Origin: Candidatus Saccharimonadales bacterium | Lineage (GTDB): Bacteria; Patescibacteriota; Saccharimonadia; Saccharimonadales; UBA10212 | Direction: 5' to 3' | DNA: 64,000 nucleotides | NCBI GenBank assembly: GCA_025450575.1 | Contig: JANWHE010000016.1 | Location: forward strand, 22,777 to 86,776 | Shown here: positions 54,538-64,000 of the stretch, one piece after another | Position numbering within the stretch: position 1 is the stretch's first letter | How the letters are laid out: each line of letters opens with the position of its first letter | The notes under the pieces: generated by a model | The model's database searches: none | The model's input: the letters and a program-made list of their open reading frames with translations, nothing else | Told to the model about the DNA's origin: nothing | Position numbers and translations under genes: made by a program

Positions 54538-55242
54538 CTAAGGCGCGAAGCTTAAACTGCCCAGCACGGTGTTATTGAAGTCGTTCTGGTAATCGGTACT
54601 GTCGGTGTAGATTTCGAGCGTTTTATCACGGACCTTGATAACCACCATCAGGCCGTTCTGGGTCTGGTCCTGCGAATTGACGTGGCCGGTCAGGTATACA
54701 CCCGGCGTCATGTTAGCCACGCCTTTGAGCTTGGGCGGCAGATAGGCCTTGGAGGTCAAGGTGCCTTGGCTGATATACGTGGCGAGCTGTGAAATTAACT
54801 GGGTGTAGTCGGTAGTTAAAAGCTCCACTCGGAGAGCGTAAGCCGTCTTACCCTCGATACCCGGAACTTCGTCGGGGTTGAAGTAGGCGTTGATAGGTTC
54901 GCTGGAGTTGGTGGTATCGACGTAGGCGCTCCAGGTCTTAGGGTATTTGAAGGTGATGCTGCCATAGGTCGGCGAGCCGGTGAATGTCTTATCCGGCGAC
55001 TTGCTCTGCTCGTTGAACTGGGCCTGCAGCTGGATCTTCTGGTTAGCTTCAGCCTGAGCCACCGCCAGGGCGGTCTTTTGGTCGGTATTTTTCTTATAAT
55101 CCTGCATCTTGGAATACGCCCAGCCGCCGAAAATCAAGGCGCCCACCAGCAATAAGACCAGAGCGGCGATAATGATAGTTCTGCGGCTGCCGCCAGTGTT
55201 CGGTAAATCCGGGATTGTCGGCACGACCGGCTGTGAATCCAT
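54538..55242 (-). CDS. Hypothetical membrane-anchored extracytoplasmic protein
   Basis: N-terminal TM (IIIAALVLLLVGALIFGGWAY) followed by a soluble domain. No motif recognised. Confidence 0.45.
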   Translation of the reverse strand: MDSQPVVPTIPDLPNTGGSRRTIIIAALVLLLVGALIFGGWAYSKMQDYKKNTDQKTALAVAQAEANQKIQLQAQFNEQSKSPDKTFTGSPTYGSITFKYPKTWSAYVDTTNSSEPINAYFNPDEVPGIEGKTAYALRVELLTTDYTQLISQLATYISQGTLTSKAYLPPKLKGVANMTPGVYLTGHVNSQDQTQNGLMVVIKVRDKTLEIYTDSTDYQNDFNNTVLGSLSFAP

Positions 55243-55284
55243 AAAGCTTATGTTAAAGCAGTTTCAGCCGGCCGGCAAGCCGGC

Positions 55285-55791
55285 TTAGTACTTATATAGG
55301 AAGACGCCGTAGTCTTTGGCGATGATTTTCCGGCCGGGAATCTTAAAGGCATGGCTGGCCACCTTGACGCCTTTCGGGGCCCTGGTCTCGACCAGCTCGT
55401 CGAACCGCTCCATGTATTTGGTCAACAGAAAGATAAAGATAGCGTCGGCGCGGGATAGGTCGGCGTGCCAGAAATTGCCGTAACACACTTTGACCTGCTT
55501 ACGATATTTGCGGGTTGTGAACCAGGCGTAGGCGAACATGAAAGGATTAAGCTCGTAACCGACGGCGTTCAAGCCGCGTTTGGCGGCGGCTTTTAAGAAC
55601 CGACCGTCGCCGCAGCCCAGATCATAGACCGTCTGGCCTTTCTTTAGGTCTAAAAGGTCCAGGCCGGCTTTGACGTGGGGACTGAGGCTGGGAAAATACG
55701 GCGCGCCGAAAAGCAGCACCGCGCTATAGGCCATAATCAGTAGGATGGCGATGCCCCAGACTACCCAGAACAAGATATATAGCTCATTCAC
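55285..55791 (-). CDS. Class I SAM-dependent methyltransferase with N-terminal TM helix
   Basis: VYDLGCGDGRFL motif I. Confidence 0.75.
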   Translation of the reverse strand: MNELYILFWVVWGIAILLIMAYSAVLLFGAPYFPSLSPHVKAGLDLLDLKKGQTVYDLGCGDGRFLKAAAKRGLNAVGYELNPFMFAYAWFTTRKYRKQVKVCYGNFWHADLSRADAIFIFLLTKYMERFDELVETRAPKGVKVASHAFKIPGRKIIAKDYGVFLYKY

Positions 55792-55993
55792 TGTCGAATC
55801 TTACGGCTATTCTTCTCACTTTGTTTTCGGCGGTCTTTAAAAAGTCTTCCATACGCGCCAGCAGCCCCATGGCCTGTTCGTACTTGCCGACGGCTTCGTC
55901 TAAATTGACCGAGTCGCTTTCGAACCAGTCTATTAGGCCGCTCAGTTCGTCGGCCATCTGCTGGTAAGTCTTAGTTTTTTTGGACGTCGCCAT
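55784..55993 (-). CDS. xseB: Exodeoxyribonuclease VII small subunit
   Basis: 69-aa helical protein (LSGLIDWFESDSVNLDEAVGKYEQAMGL) directly downstream of xseA. Confidence 0.85.
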   Translation of the reverse strand: MATSKKTKTYQQMADELSGLIDWFESDSVNLDEAVGKYEQAMGLLARMEDFLKTAENKVRRIAVRFDSE

Positions 55994-55997
55994 AATT

Positions 55998-57101
55998 TTA
56001 CTGTACCTTCGCGCCTATTTTACCATCGGCCAGCTGGATGTTAAGGTTATCGCCCGACTTCAGGCCTTTGACGGATGAGATGTTCCGCCCTGCCCGGCTA
56101 ACTATGGCATAACCGCGCCGAAGGGCCCTTCGCGGATCAAATACGGCTACCAGTTTGCGGTGCGAATGTATCAATTTGAGACGGTCTGTAAGTAGTGAAT
56201 TTACTTGACTAGTTAGGTATTTCCGGCCTTCTTGAGCCTCACGGGCCGCGGCCTGCAGCTGCTGGGAGGCCAGTTCGGTCAGAGATTTGCGAGCCGCGGC
56301 CAGTCCGGCTATAGTCTCGGCGCGGTTAGGTACTATCAGCTGGGCGGCGTTGGTCGGCGTACTGGCTCTAAGGTCGGCCGCCAACTCGGCCAAGCTTATA
56401 TCGACTTCGTGGCCGACAGCCACCAAAGTCGGGATGCGGCTGGCGGCCACGGCCCGCACCACCCGCTCGTCACTAAAGGCCGCCAGATCTTCGGCGCTGC
56501 CGCCGCCGCGGGTCACTACCAGCACGTCGGCTAAAGCCGACAGTTCGTTAAAGTATTCGATAGCCCGGACAATCTGGCCCGGCGCCTGGGTGCCCTGGAC
56601 GTAAACGTCGGCTAATTGTATGTCTACCCCGCCCCATCGCTCGTTCAGAATCTTCATAAAATCAGCGTAAGCCGCTGAACTGGCGGCGGTGATCAGGCCG
56701 ATGGTCCTAGGAACCGGCGGCAGCGGGCGTTTGCGGGCCGGGTCGAACAGGCCTTCGGCCTCCAGTTTGGCGGCCAGCAGGTCGGCGGCTTTCTTGATGG
56801 AGCCGGCGCCGGCCGGAGTGATGGATCGGACGTTGATACTGAAGCCGAAGCGCGGGTGTAGGCGCGGCGAGCCGACGACCCGCACCTTAAGCCCGTCTTG
56901 CAGGGGCCCAGGCAGCATATACACCGTGCCGAAGAATTTGACGCTGGCCAGTTCGTCCTGAAGGTCAAAATAGACCCAGCGGCTCTTAGAGACCCGGAAG
57001 CCGCTTAATTCTCCCTCGATAACCACAGAAGGATAAGCGATTTCCAGCGTCTGGTTCAAAAGCCCGACGAAGTCTGAAGGGCTTAGGACTATATCTTCCA
57101 C
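55998..57101 (-). CDS. xseA: Exodeoxyribonuclease VII large subunit
   Basis: N-terminal OB fold (VVIEGELSGFRVSKSRWVYFDLQD) and the catalytic-core motif TRGGGSAEDL. Confidence 0.9.
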   Translation of the reverse strand: MEDIVLSPSDFVGLLNQTLEIAYPSVVIEGELSGFRVSKSRWVYFDLQDELASVKFFGTVYMLPGPLQDGLKVRVVGSPRLHPRFGFSINVRSITPAGAGSIKKAADLLAAKLEAEGLFDPARKRPLPPVPRTIGLITAASSAAYADFMKILNERWGGVDIQLADVYVQGTQAPGQIVRAIEYFNELSALADVLVVTRGGGSAEDLAAFSDERVVRAVAASRIPTLVAVGHEVDISLAELAADLRASTPTNAAQLIVPNRAETIAGLAAARKSLTELASQQLQAAAREAQEGRKYLTSQVNSLLTDRLKLIHSHRKLVAVFDPRRALRRGYAIVSRAGRNISSVKGLKSGDNLNIQLADGKIGAKVQ

Positions 57102-58150
57102 TATTTAGCCCTGTCTAAACCCGACCTTAAGGCTTTTTGATAGAGATAGTAACCGGGTATCAGCTGGATGCCCATGTTAAGTACCCGGTACATGATGGTC
57201 ACCGGGATGCTTAAGCCGGCGGAAATGCCGGTAGCCGCTAAAACGGCGGTCATCAAGCCTTCGTAGACGCCGATGCCGGCGGGCAGCACGGAGATAAGTC
57301 CGGCGAAGTTAGCCACGGCGTAAGCTAAGATGACCGCGCCGACATTCACTAAACGCCCGAAAGCGATGTAAACCACGTAAACCGCCGCGACTTCGGTGAT
57401 ATTGGCAATCAGCATATAGATGAACGGTATCTTCAGTTCCCGCCAGCGTTCTTTGAACAGCTTGTAATTATCGTGTAGCTCGCCGAAAGCCGACTGGGCG
57501 CCTTGGATATCGATCGTCTCGCTTTTACGCCTGAACAAGCTCAGTACTTTGTTCAGAATCCTAGTGACCGCCGTTAAGAACGTATTGATGCGGCTGCGGC
57601 TTTCAATCATATAAATGAGGCCGAAGGTGCCGACTACCAGCAGCGTGACGAGCGAGCTCACCAGCACCATAATAAGGTTATTGGTGTGGCCACGCAGCGC
57701 CAGCAGGAATACGCCGAGTATCAGTAGCGGCTGGAAACTTACATAAAGCAGCAGCAGCTTCATCAGCTGCGACAGCGTGGATTTGGGACCGCCGACACCG
57801 AAAGCCCGCATCCGGACCGTAAAGTACGATATGCCGCTGACCCCGCCGCTGGGCAGGATGTGGTTGACGAAATTCAGCTCCAGGTTCAGCTTGTACATAT
57901 CCCGGTACTTGACGTCTTTATCAAGGATCTTAAAGAGGCGCACGTACAGCCGGGCGTAAGCGTCGTAATTCAAAAACTCGATGGGTATTAGCAGCAGCAG
58001 CGCCAGGGCGTTGACCTTGCCGAGATTATCGATTACTCCGCCGATATCCTTACGGACGCCGTATATCAGAATACCCAACGCGACGAACGTCACGGCAGTC
58101 AGAGCTAGCCGCCACTTGGAACGTTTTACGCGGGCAGGTGTCTCATCCAT
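57101..58150 (-). CDS. Flippase-like / lysyl-phosphatidylglycerol-synthase TM-region family (UPF0104) membrane protein
   Basis: Eight-TM protein with the family-typical layout. A start at ATG 58150 avoids overlap with the divergent gene. Confidence 0.6.
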   Translation of the reverse strand: MDETPARVKRSKWRLALTAVTFVALGILIYGVRKDIGGVIDNLGKVNALALLLLIPIEFLNYDAYARLYVRLFKILDKDVKYRDMYKLNLELNFVNHILPSGGVSGISYFTVRMRAFGVGGPKSTLSQLMKLLLLYVSFQPLLILGVFLLALRGHTNNLIMVLVSSLVTLLVVGTFGLIYMIESRSRINTFLTAVTRILNKVLSLFRRKSETIDIQGAQSAFGELHDNYKLFKERWRELKIPFIYMLIANITEVAAVYVVYIAFGRLVNVGAVILAYAVANFAGLISVLPAGIGVYEGLMTAVLAATGISAGLSIPVTIMYRVLNMGIQLIPGYYLYQKALRSGLDRAK

Positions 58151-58175
58151 TCTGATTAGATTATACTTTAAAGCG

Positions 58176-59381
58176 ATGAGTAGTTTCGAGGCAAAGACGG
58201 TTTGTATCTTAGGCCGCCAGCCGGCGCTGGGATTGGCGGAGCTGGAAAGCATCTACGGCGCCGAGCATGTGCAGCCGCTGGGCGAACACGCCCTGTTGGA
58301 TGTCCCAGCCGAGGAAATCAATTTCAAAAACTTGGGTGGCACCATCAAAGTCGCCCGGCTGTTAAGTATCGTTGAATCCGACAAGTGGCCGGCGCTCGCC
58401 GGATACCTGATCAAAGAGGTGCCGGGCCATATGCGCTACCAGCCTGAAGGCAAGTTCACCTTCGGTCTGAGCGTCTACGGCCTGAATGTCACGATCAAAC
58501 AGATCCAAAGGACGACGCTGGAAATCAAAAAGCTTATAAGAAATACCGGCAAGCCGGTCCGGGTGGTGCCCAACAAGGCCCCGGCCTTAAACAGCGCCCA
58601 GGTGCTGCACAACCAGCTGACCCATAAGGGCGCGTGGGAACTGATATTCGTGCGCGACGGCCAGCGGTCGCTGCTGGCCCAGACGCTGTTCGTCCAGGAC
58701 ATAGAGGCTTACGGCGCCCGCGACCAGGCCCGGCCGGCCCGCGACGCGCGCGTCGGCATGCTGCCGCCCAAACTGGCCCAGATCCTGCTGAACCTGGCGG
58801 CCGGGCCGCTGCTGGCCCAGACCGAGGACCTGGCCCGCGTACGCGTTCTCGATCCTTTCTGCGGCACCGGCGTCGTCTTGCAGGAAGCATTACTGATGGG
58901 TTATAGCGTCCTGGGCACCGATATAGACCAGCGGATGGTCGATTACAGTCGCCGCAATATAAAATGGCTGTTCGAAAAATACCCCAGCCTGGAAGGCGGG
59001 GTTGATATCGAGCTGGCTGACGCCACGGCCTATCAATGGCCTGGTTTCAGTACCGTCGCCAGCGAGGTTTTTTTGGGCCGGCCGCTGGCCAAACTGCCAT
59101 CCGAAGCCGACTTAAAACAGATAGTATCCGACGCCAACACCATCACCAAGAAGTTCCTGCAGAACCTGGCGCCGCAGCTGCGGACCGGCCAAGCCCTTTG
59201 TATCGCCGTACCGGCTTGGCGCAAAGCCGGCGGCCAAACGATAACCTTGCCGCTTATTGACCATTTAACAGATATGGGCTATACTTATTGGGACTTAAAA
59301 CACGTGCGGCGGGAAGAGCTGGTCTACTTCCGGGAAGACCAAGTCGTCGCGCGCCAATTATTAAGGTTAAAGAAAGCGTAA
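58176..59381 (+). CDS. Class I SAM-dependent methyltransferase (UPF0020/Trm11-like, THUMP-like N-terminus)
   Basis: VLDPFCGTGVVLQEALLMGYSVLGTDID motif I/II. A start at ATG 58176 is preferred. Confidence 0.65.
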   Translation: MSSFEAKTVCILGRQPALGLAELESIYGAEHVQPLGEHALLDVPAEEINFKNLGGTIKVARLLSIVESDKWPALAGYLIKEVPGHMRYQPEGKFTFGLSVYGLNVTIKQIQRTTLEIKKLIRNTGKPVRVVPNKAPALNSAQVLHNQLTHKGAWELIFVRDGQRSLLAQTLFVQDIEAYGARDQARPARDARVGMLPPKLAQILLNLAAGPLLAQTEDLARVRVLDPFCGTGVVLQEALLMGYSVLGTDIDQRMVDYSRRNIKWLFEKYPSLEGGVDIELADATAYQWPGFSTVASEVFLGRPLAKLPSEADLKQIVSDANTITKKFLQNLAPQLRTGQALCIAVPAWRKAGGQTITLPLIDHLTDMGYTYWDLKHVRREELVYFREDQVVARQLLRLKKA

Positions 59382-59391
59382 GATTTAAAGT

Positions 59392-59664
59392 ATGAGTCAT
59401 GTCAAGGCGGGCGGATCCGCCAAAAACGTCCACGATAGCCCCGGCCAGCGCCTGGGTATCAAAGCCTGGGGCGGCCAGACCGTCAAAGCCGGCGATATCA
59501 TCGTCCGGCAGGTCGGCATGACCAAACGCGCCGGAGCCGGCACTTTCTTATCACGCAATTTCACGATCCACGCCGCCAAAGACGGGGTCGTGCAGTTCAA
59601 ACAGCGCCGCGTCAAGAAATTCAGCGGCCGCAGCATGCCGCGCACCGAAGTCATCGTCGAATAG
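59392..59664 (+). CDS. rpmA: 50S ribosomal protein L27
   Basis: MSHVKAGGSAKNVHDSPGQRLGIKAWGGQTVKAGDIIVRQ. Confidence 0.92.
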   Translation: MSHVKAGGSAKNVHDSPGQRLGIKAWGGQTVKAGDIIVRQVGMTKRAGAGTFLSRNFTIHAAKDGVVQFKQRRVKKFSGRSMPRTEVIVE

Positions 59665-60213
59665 TTATCCTCTGGATAATCTGGTGCTTGACTGAGACGC
59701 CGCATTCTTTTCTATCACGACGTGCCGAGCGCCGACATCAATTGACGCTTGATTCCTGGAAATTGAAGGATTGTCGTCGAACGGGGTCCATTGATTGATA
59801 TCTCCCCCGACCACTCCGTACTTGAACCAGCCCACATTCCCTTCCCGTCCCACCACATATTCGACGCCCGGGAACAAAAGAGCGCTGGCGGCTATATTGC
59901 CTTGGGGGTCGAGAGCTACCAAAACGGTCCGGCCTCCGGACATTTCATCCGTCTTATTCCACTTTAGAAGATTCTGATAATCAAGGTCGGCGGGTGAATG
60001 AACCGACAGCACGTGAACTTCCTGAGCGGGTAATGGTTGGCCCGAGTTATCGGCGCCTCCTAGTTCCAGCTTCGCGACTACCTGTCCGCCCATGACATCC
60101 GGCCGCCCTTCATGATCAAGACTGACCGTCTCAGGACGTTCAGCTGCGAGCTCGATCCAGTCGGCCGGCTTCTCTTGCTCGGCGCCGCTTTCTATGGTTG
60201 TCGTCTCGGGCAT
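59665..60213 (-). CDS. Hypothetical protein with possible truncated FHA-like C-terminus
   Basis: YVVGREGN...PSISRNQASIDVG..HVVIEKNA resembles the FHA core (GR..., SR.HA.I), but the domain looks incomplete. Confidence 0.35.
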   Translation of the reverse strand: MPETTTIESGAEQEKPADWIELAAERPETVSLDHEGRPDVMGGQVVAKLELGGADNSGQPLPAQEVHVLSVHSPADLDYQNLLKWNKTDEMSGGRTVLVALDPQGNIAASALLFPGVEYVVGREGNVGWFKYGVVGGDINQWTPFDDNPSISRNQASIDVGARHVVIEKNAASQSSTRLSRG

Positions 60214-60253
60214 TTTTTATTCCTTCTTTAGATAATTATATCTTACCAATCCT

Positions 60254-61867
60254 TTACTTCTTGGCAAGGGAAGCGCGGACGAAGGCTGTGTACAGCGGGT
60301 GCGGGCGGTTCGGCCGGCTGCGGAACTCCGGATGGGCCTGGGTGCCGACAAAAAATGGGTGGTCGGCGGCTTCGACCATCTCTACCAGCGTACCGTCCGG
60401 CGACGTGCCGCTGATTCTCAGCCCCCAGTCTTCGTATTGGTCGCGGTAGCGGTTATTAGCTTCATAGCGGTGGCGATGGCGTTCGACGATTTCGGCTTGG
60501 CCGTAGATTTTGCGGGCCTTGGTGCCGGATTCCAGCACGCAGGTCCAGTCGCCCAGGCGCATGGTGCCGCCGGTGTTCTCTTTGCCGACTTGCTCGGCCA
60601 TGGTGCTGATGACCGGATCGGGCGTACTGGCGTCGAACTCCGTGGAGTTAGCTTTAGCCAAGCCGGCGCGCCGGGCCATCGCGATGATGGATATCTGCAT
60701 ACCCAGGCAAATGCCCAGATACGGCAATTTGTTTTCGTAGGCGTAATTGGCCGCCCAGATCTTGCCTTCGCTGCCCCGGCTGCCAAAGCCCGGCAGACCG
60801 ACTATGCCGTCCATGTCTTTTAGCCCTTCACGGTATTGCTTATCTTTTTCCAATTGCTCGGCGTCTATCCAGGTTATATCTACGTTGACATCGCTGGCCC
60901 AGCCGGAAGCTTTTAAGGCTTCGGTCAAAGACATGTAGGTGTCCTGGTTATCCAGGTATTTGGCAATGACGCCGATTTTCACGGATTTGTGGTACTTAGT
61001 CTGGGCGCTCTTGACGACCCGCCGCCAGGACGTCAAGTTGGCCGGCACCCGTCGGATGCCCAGCCGGCCGGTTATGACGTCGCCGAGGCCGCTGCCTTCC
61101 AGCGTCAAGGGCACCTGGTAGATAGTCGAGGCATTGGGCAGCAGGACGATAGCTTCTTTATCGACGCCGGAGAATAAGCTCAGTTTGGCCACCGTGGATT
61201 TCGGCGGCTTGACTTCGGAGCGGACAGCCAGGATGTCCGGCACTATCCCCAGGCCGCGTAGCTCGCGCACGGCGTTCTGGGCCGGCTTGGTCTTAAACTC
61301 GCCGCTGGCACCCAGGTATGGCACGTAAACGACGTGCGCGAACAAGCAGTTGTCCAAGCCGACGCGCATCGACATTTCGCGGATGGCCTCGATGAAACTA
61401 AGCGATTCGTAGTCGCCGACGGTACCGCCGACTTCGACGATATGGACGTCAAAACCTTTGGCCGTCTTGATGATCGTATCCTGGATATGGTTGGTGACGT
61501 GCGGGATGATCTGGACGGTTTTGCCCAGGTACTTACCACCCCGCTCGGCGTCTATTACCTCGCGCAGTACGCGGCCGGACATCAGGCTGCTGGCCTGAGT
61601 CAGTTCTATATCTAAGAATCTCTCGTAATGCCCGAGGTCTAGGTCGGTTTCAGCGCCGTCGAAAGTCACAAAGCACTCGCCGTGTTCGGCCGGATTAAGC
61701 GTTCCGGCGTCGACGTTCAGATAGGGGTCGCATTTTTGGATGCTTACGGATAGGCCGCGGGCTTTTAAGATAGTGCCGAGGGAGGCGGCGGTGATACCTT
61801 TGCCGACGCCCGATAAGACGCCGCCCGTCACAAACACATATTTGGTATCAGCCTTGGCTCTGGCCAC
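60254..61867 (-). CDS. pyrG: CTP synthase
   Basis: KYVFVTGGVLSGVGKGI, the GICLGMQ glutaminase Cys, and HRHRYE. Confidence 0.95.
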   Translation of the reverse strand: MARAKADTKYVFVTGGVLSGVGKGITAASLGTILKARGLSVSIQKCDPYLNVDAGTLNPAEHGECFVTFDGAETDLDLGHYERFLDIELTQASSLMSGRVLREVIDAERGGKYLGKTVQIIPHVTNHIQDTIIKTAKGFDVHIVEVGGTVGDYESLSFIEAIREMSMRVGLDNCLFAHVVYVPYLGASGEFKTKPAQNAVRELRGLGIVPDILAVRSEVKPPKSTVAKLSLFSGVDKEAIVLLPNASTIYQVPLTLEGSGLGDVITGRLGIRRVPANLTSWRRVVKSAQTKYHKSVKIGVIAKYLDNQDTYMSLTEALKASGWASDVNVDITWIDAEQLEKDKQYREGLKDMDGIVGLPGFGSRGSEGKIWAANYAYENKLPYLGICLGMQISIIAMARRAGLAKANSTEFDASTPDPVISTMAEQVGKENTGGTMRLGDWTCVLESGTKARKIYGQAEIVERHRHRYEANNRYRDQYEDWGLRISGTSPDGTLVEMVEAADHPFFVGTQAHPEFRSRPNRPHPLYTAFVRASLAKK

Positions 61868-61946
61868 GGTTTTTAACTCCGCTCTCCCCCGTTAGATTAA
61901 CTTATAATAGGTTACCTTACCGACCGGCCTAGCACAACCCTGACAC

Positions 61947-63185
61947 TTATTGGATCTTGGAAGCTACCAGCTGCAGGGCTTTGTCTTTTTGAGGATCTTG
62001 CCCGGCCGCGGCCTGCTGGTCGGAAACAGTGACCGTCACGTCGGGAGCAATCCCCTGTTTATCTATATTCTTACCATCAGGCGTATACCAGCGGGCAATG
62101 GTGACTTTCAGTTCCGAACCGTCCGAGAAGTTTTCGACCTGCTGGACGCTACCCTTGCCGAAGCTTTTAACACCGACTAACTGGGCGATGCCGTTATCAT
62201 GCAGAGCGCCGGCGGTTATTTCGCTGGCGCTGGCACTGCCGCCGTCAATCAATACGACTGTCGGCAAGCCCTTTAAGATATTGCCGCCGCGGGCCGCCGC
62301 GCTGCCGACCACGGTAGTGCCGCGACGTTCCTGGACCACGGTCTGGCCTTGGTCGAGCCAAAGGCTGGAAACGCCGACGGCGGCATCCAGATAGCCTCCC
62401 GGGTCACCCCGCAGGTCCAGAACCACGCCCTTGACATTCTTGGATTTGAACTCCTGAGCGCCCTTTTGAGCAAGATTCACCGTGTCGTTAGTAAACTGGC
62501 TGATTTTCATATAACCGATGTCACCGTCTTCCTCGTATTTGACGCTAGGGATGGTTATCTTCTGGCGCGTGATTGTGACATCGAACGGCTTAGCCGCGCC
62601 GCGGATAATGGTCAGGGTGACTTTGGTATTCGGATTGCCGCGGATCTTGGAAACCGCCCCGTCGACGCTCAAGCCTTGGGTGGTCTTGCCGTCGATGGCC
62701 GCCACTACATCCTCGGGCTTTAAGCCGGCTTTTTCGGCCGGATAACCGCTTAGCGGCGAGATGATGACGATTTCGTTCTGGTCGTTTGTGCCCAGTTCAG
62801 CGCCGATGCCGGTGATACTGCCGGATAGTTCGTTATTGAATACTTTGGCGTCGGCCGGACTGAAATATTCGGTATAGGGGTCGGCGGCGGCGCTGACCAA
62901 GCCAGACTTTAATCCGTCGGTCAGTTTCTGCTGGTTCAGGCTGCCGTCAAAATCCTTCTTTAAGACGCTGTAGACCTGGTTGACGGACGAGTAATTAAGC
63001 TGCCCGGCCGTGGCCTGGGCCGACTTAGCATTGCCCCGCCCTACGGCCACGCCGGCCGCGAATACCAATATCACGAAGATGAGAAGGCTGACGATTTTGG
63101 CGGGCGACCAATGCTGGCGCGTATGATGCGCGTGGTGCCCTTCCGGCTCCCGATGGACCCTCTTTTTTCCACTAAACATTAACAC
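61947..63185 (-). CDS. ctpA: S41-family carboxyl-terminal processing protease with PDZ domain
   Basis: N-terminal TM, PDZ (GLKPEDVVAAIDG), LDLRGDPGGYL and LIDGGSASASEI. Confidence 0.9.
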   Translation of the reverse strand: MLMFSGKKRVHREPEGHHAHHTRQHWSPAKIVSLLIFVILVFAAGVAVGRGNAKSAQATAGQLNYSSVNQVYSVLKKDFDGSLNQQKLTDGLKSGLVSAAADPYTEYFSPADAKVFNNELSGSITGIGAELGTNDQNEIVIISPLSGYPAEKAGLKPEDVVAAIDGKTTQGLSVDGAVSKIRGNPNTKVTLTIIRGAAKPFDVTITRQKITIPSVKYEEDGDIGYMKISQFTNDTVNLAQKGAQEFKSKNVKGVVLDLRGDPGGYLDAAVGVSSLWLDQGQTVVQERRGTTVVGSAAARGGNILKGLPTVVLIDGGSASASEITAGALHDNGIAQLVGVKSFGKGSVQQVENFSDGSELKVTIARWYTPDGKNIDKQGIAPDVTVTVSDQQAAAGQDPQKDKALQLVASKIQ

Positions 63186-63220
63186 TTATTATAGCGTACC
63201 TAGTTGAACGAAGCTTCAAA

Positions 63221-64000
63221 CTATTGGCCGAAGTAGATGTAAGTTAAGCCGGAGGCGCTGATACTCATTTCCGAGTAATGCCCCTGGTAGTCGTAATTGT
63301 ACTGGCTAACGTAAATGGTATTGCCGTTGACGGCTTCGACCCACATGGCGTGGCCGAACGCGCCGACGTTCCAGATGGCCACGGAGTGGACCCGGGGAGT
63401 AGCACTGATGGTAATGCCTGCCCGCTGGGCGTTGCCGGGCCACTGGTTGGCGTTACCGAACCCGAATTGCGTGTTGATACCGAATGTCTGATAGACTTTC
63501 CAGGCGGTGTAGCTGACGCACTCCCGGTTATACATATCCCAAGAGTCAAGCATCGTATCCTGCCCCGCGTTATTCCAAACCGCCGGATAGCCACCGTGGC
63601 CCGGGTCGCCGGCTGACGGCACGCCGCCAAGCTGACGGTTCAAGGCGGCCTGCTGGGCGCGCAGGCTCATGATCTGGGAGTTGTTGGCGCTGATCTGCTG
63701 GTCGTAAGTAGCTTTCTGCTCTTCAGTGTAGGCTAGCAGCGAGGCTTGCTGGGCCTGTTGGGCCTGCAGCTGGTTCTGCTGGGCCTGCAAGTTGCCAAGC
63801 AATGTCTGCTGGTCGCGCTGCTGTTTCTGCAGCTGAGCCTTCAGGCTATTGATCTTATCGACCGAATCCTTCACCTTGTTGGCTACCGAATTACGGTACT
63901 CCTGCTTGTTAACGAAATCGCTCAGGTCCTTGCTGCTGGCTAAGACTTCCAGCGTGGAGATATTGCCCTCCAAATACATCGTCTTGATGTTCTCGCTTAA
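63221..64000 (-). CDS. Coiled-coil + CHAP-domain peptidoglycan hydrolase (PcsB-like); 5' end beyond window
   Basis: Gln-rich coiled coil followed by CHAP Cys (NRECVSYTAWKV) and His (GHAMWVEAV). The frame is open to position 64000. Confidence 0.8.
   Translation of the reverse strand, partial: LSENIKTMYLEGNISTLEVLASSKDLSDFVNKQEYRNSVANKVKDSVDKINSLKAQLQKQQRDQQTLLGNLQAQQNQLQAQQAQQASLLAYTEEQKATYDQQISANNSQIMSLRAQQAALNRQLGGVPSAGDPGHGGYPAVWNNAGQDTMLDSWDMYNRECVSYTAWKVYQTFGINTQFGFGNANQWPGNAQRAGITISATPRVHSVAIWNVGAFGHAMWVEAVNGNTIYVSQYNYDYQGHYSEMSISASGLTYIYFGQ

Noticed and set aside
58534-58906. Arg/Pro/Gly-rich overlapping ORFs on both strands (58534-58890 and 58634-58906).
   Set aside because: They are artefacts of a locally GC-rich stretch inside the well-supported methyltransferase CDS (motif I lies just downstream in the main frame).
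1-64000. Alternative genetic code (UGA or UAG reassignment, as in some CPR lineages).
   Set aside because: All well-recognised genes translate uninterrupted with the standard code. TAA, TAG and TGA all occur as ordinary terminators at expected protein ends. The single in-frame TAG at 5614 is an isolated case.
1-64000. CRISPR arrays, transposases, integrases, prophage genes, retron/DGR reverse transcriptases and restriction-modification systems.
   Set aside because: No spaced direct-repeat array was seen. None of the ORFs show DDE/tyrosine-recombinase/RT motifs or REase-MTase pairs. The HNH-like protein is solitary.

Overview
This 64-kb chromosomal segment is gene-dense (about 80 CDS and 2 tRNAs). 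It appears to come from a reduced-genome, Gram-positive-type bacterium. By inference from gene content only, the best fit is Patescibacteria/CPR, Saccharibacteria-like: a stripped-down dcw cluster without mur ligases, FemAB, a sortase, PEGA and DUF3048 proteins, a sigma-region-4/HARE-HTH protein next to a TraD/VirD4-like ATPase, and many small membrane-anchored hypotheticals. Recognisable housekeeping genes are smpB, xth, gltX, der, pth, topA, glyQS, recO, xseAB, rpmA, pyrG, ctpA and mraZ-rsmH-ftsL-ftsI-mraY-ftsW-murG-ftsQ. No CRISPR array, transposase, integrase, rRNA or reverse transcriptase was seen, and the standard genetic code fits.

The observations most worth a second look are:
1. An orphan locus of about 440 nt between pth and dprA, with a near-consensus promoter, an intrinsic terminator and long-range helices but no credible ORF. 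It is a candidate new structured ncRNA.
2. An AT-rich 600-bp gap at the point where gene polarity switches from + to -. It carries a palindromic dif-like site with a TGTATA core, suggesting a replication terminus.
3. A codon-usage-outlier acyl carrier protein islet beside tRNA-Leu.
4. A nuclease gene split by an in-frame UAG.
5. A perfect bidirectional terminator buried inside a long ORF, which may mark a leader or attenuator.
6. A dprA with an in-frame internal deletion.
7. An unusually long, structured, (CAAAA)n-rich mraZ-rsmH spacer, plus four phased GTGGGT boxes upstream of mraZ.
8. A histidine-less pseudo-kinase and receiver translationally coupled to recO.
9. A low-GC five-gene islet of unknown function downstream of glyQS.

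All family calls come from motif recognition by eye. No searches were run.
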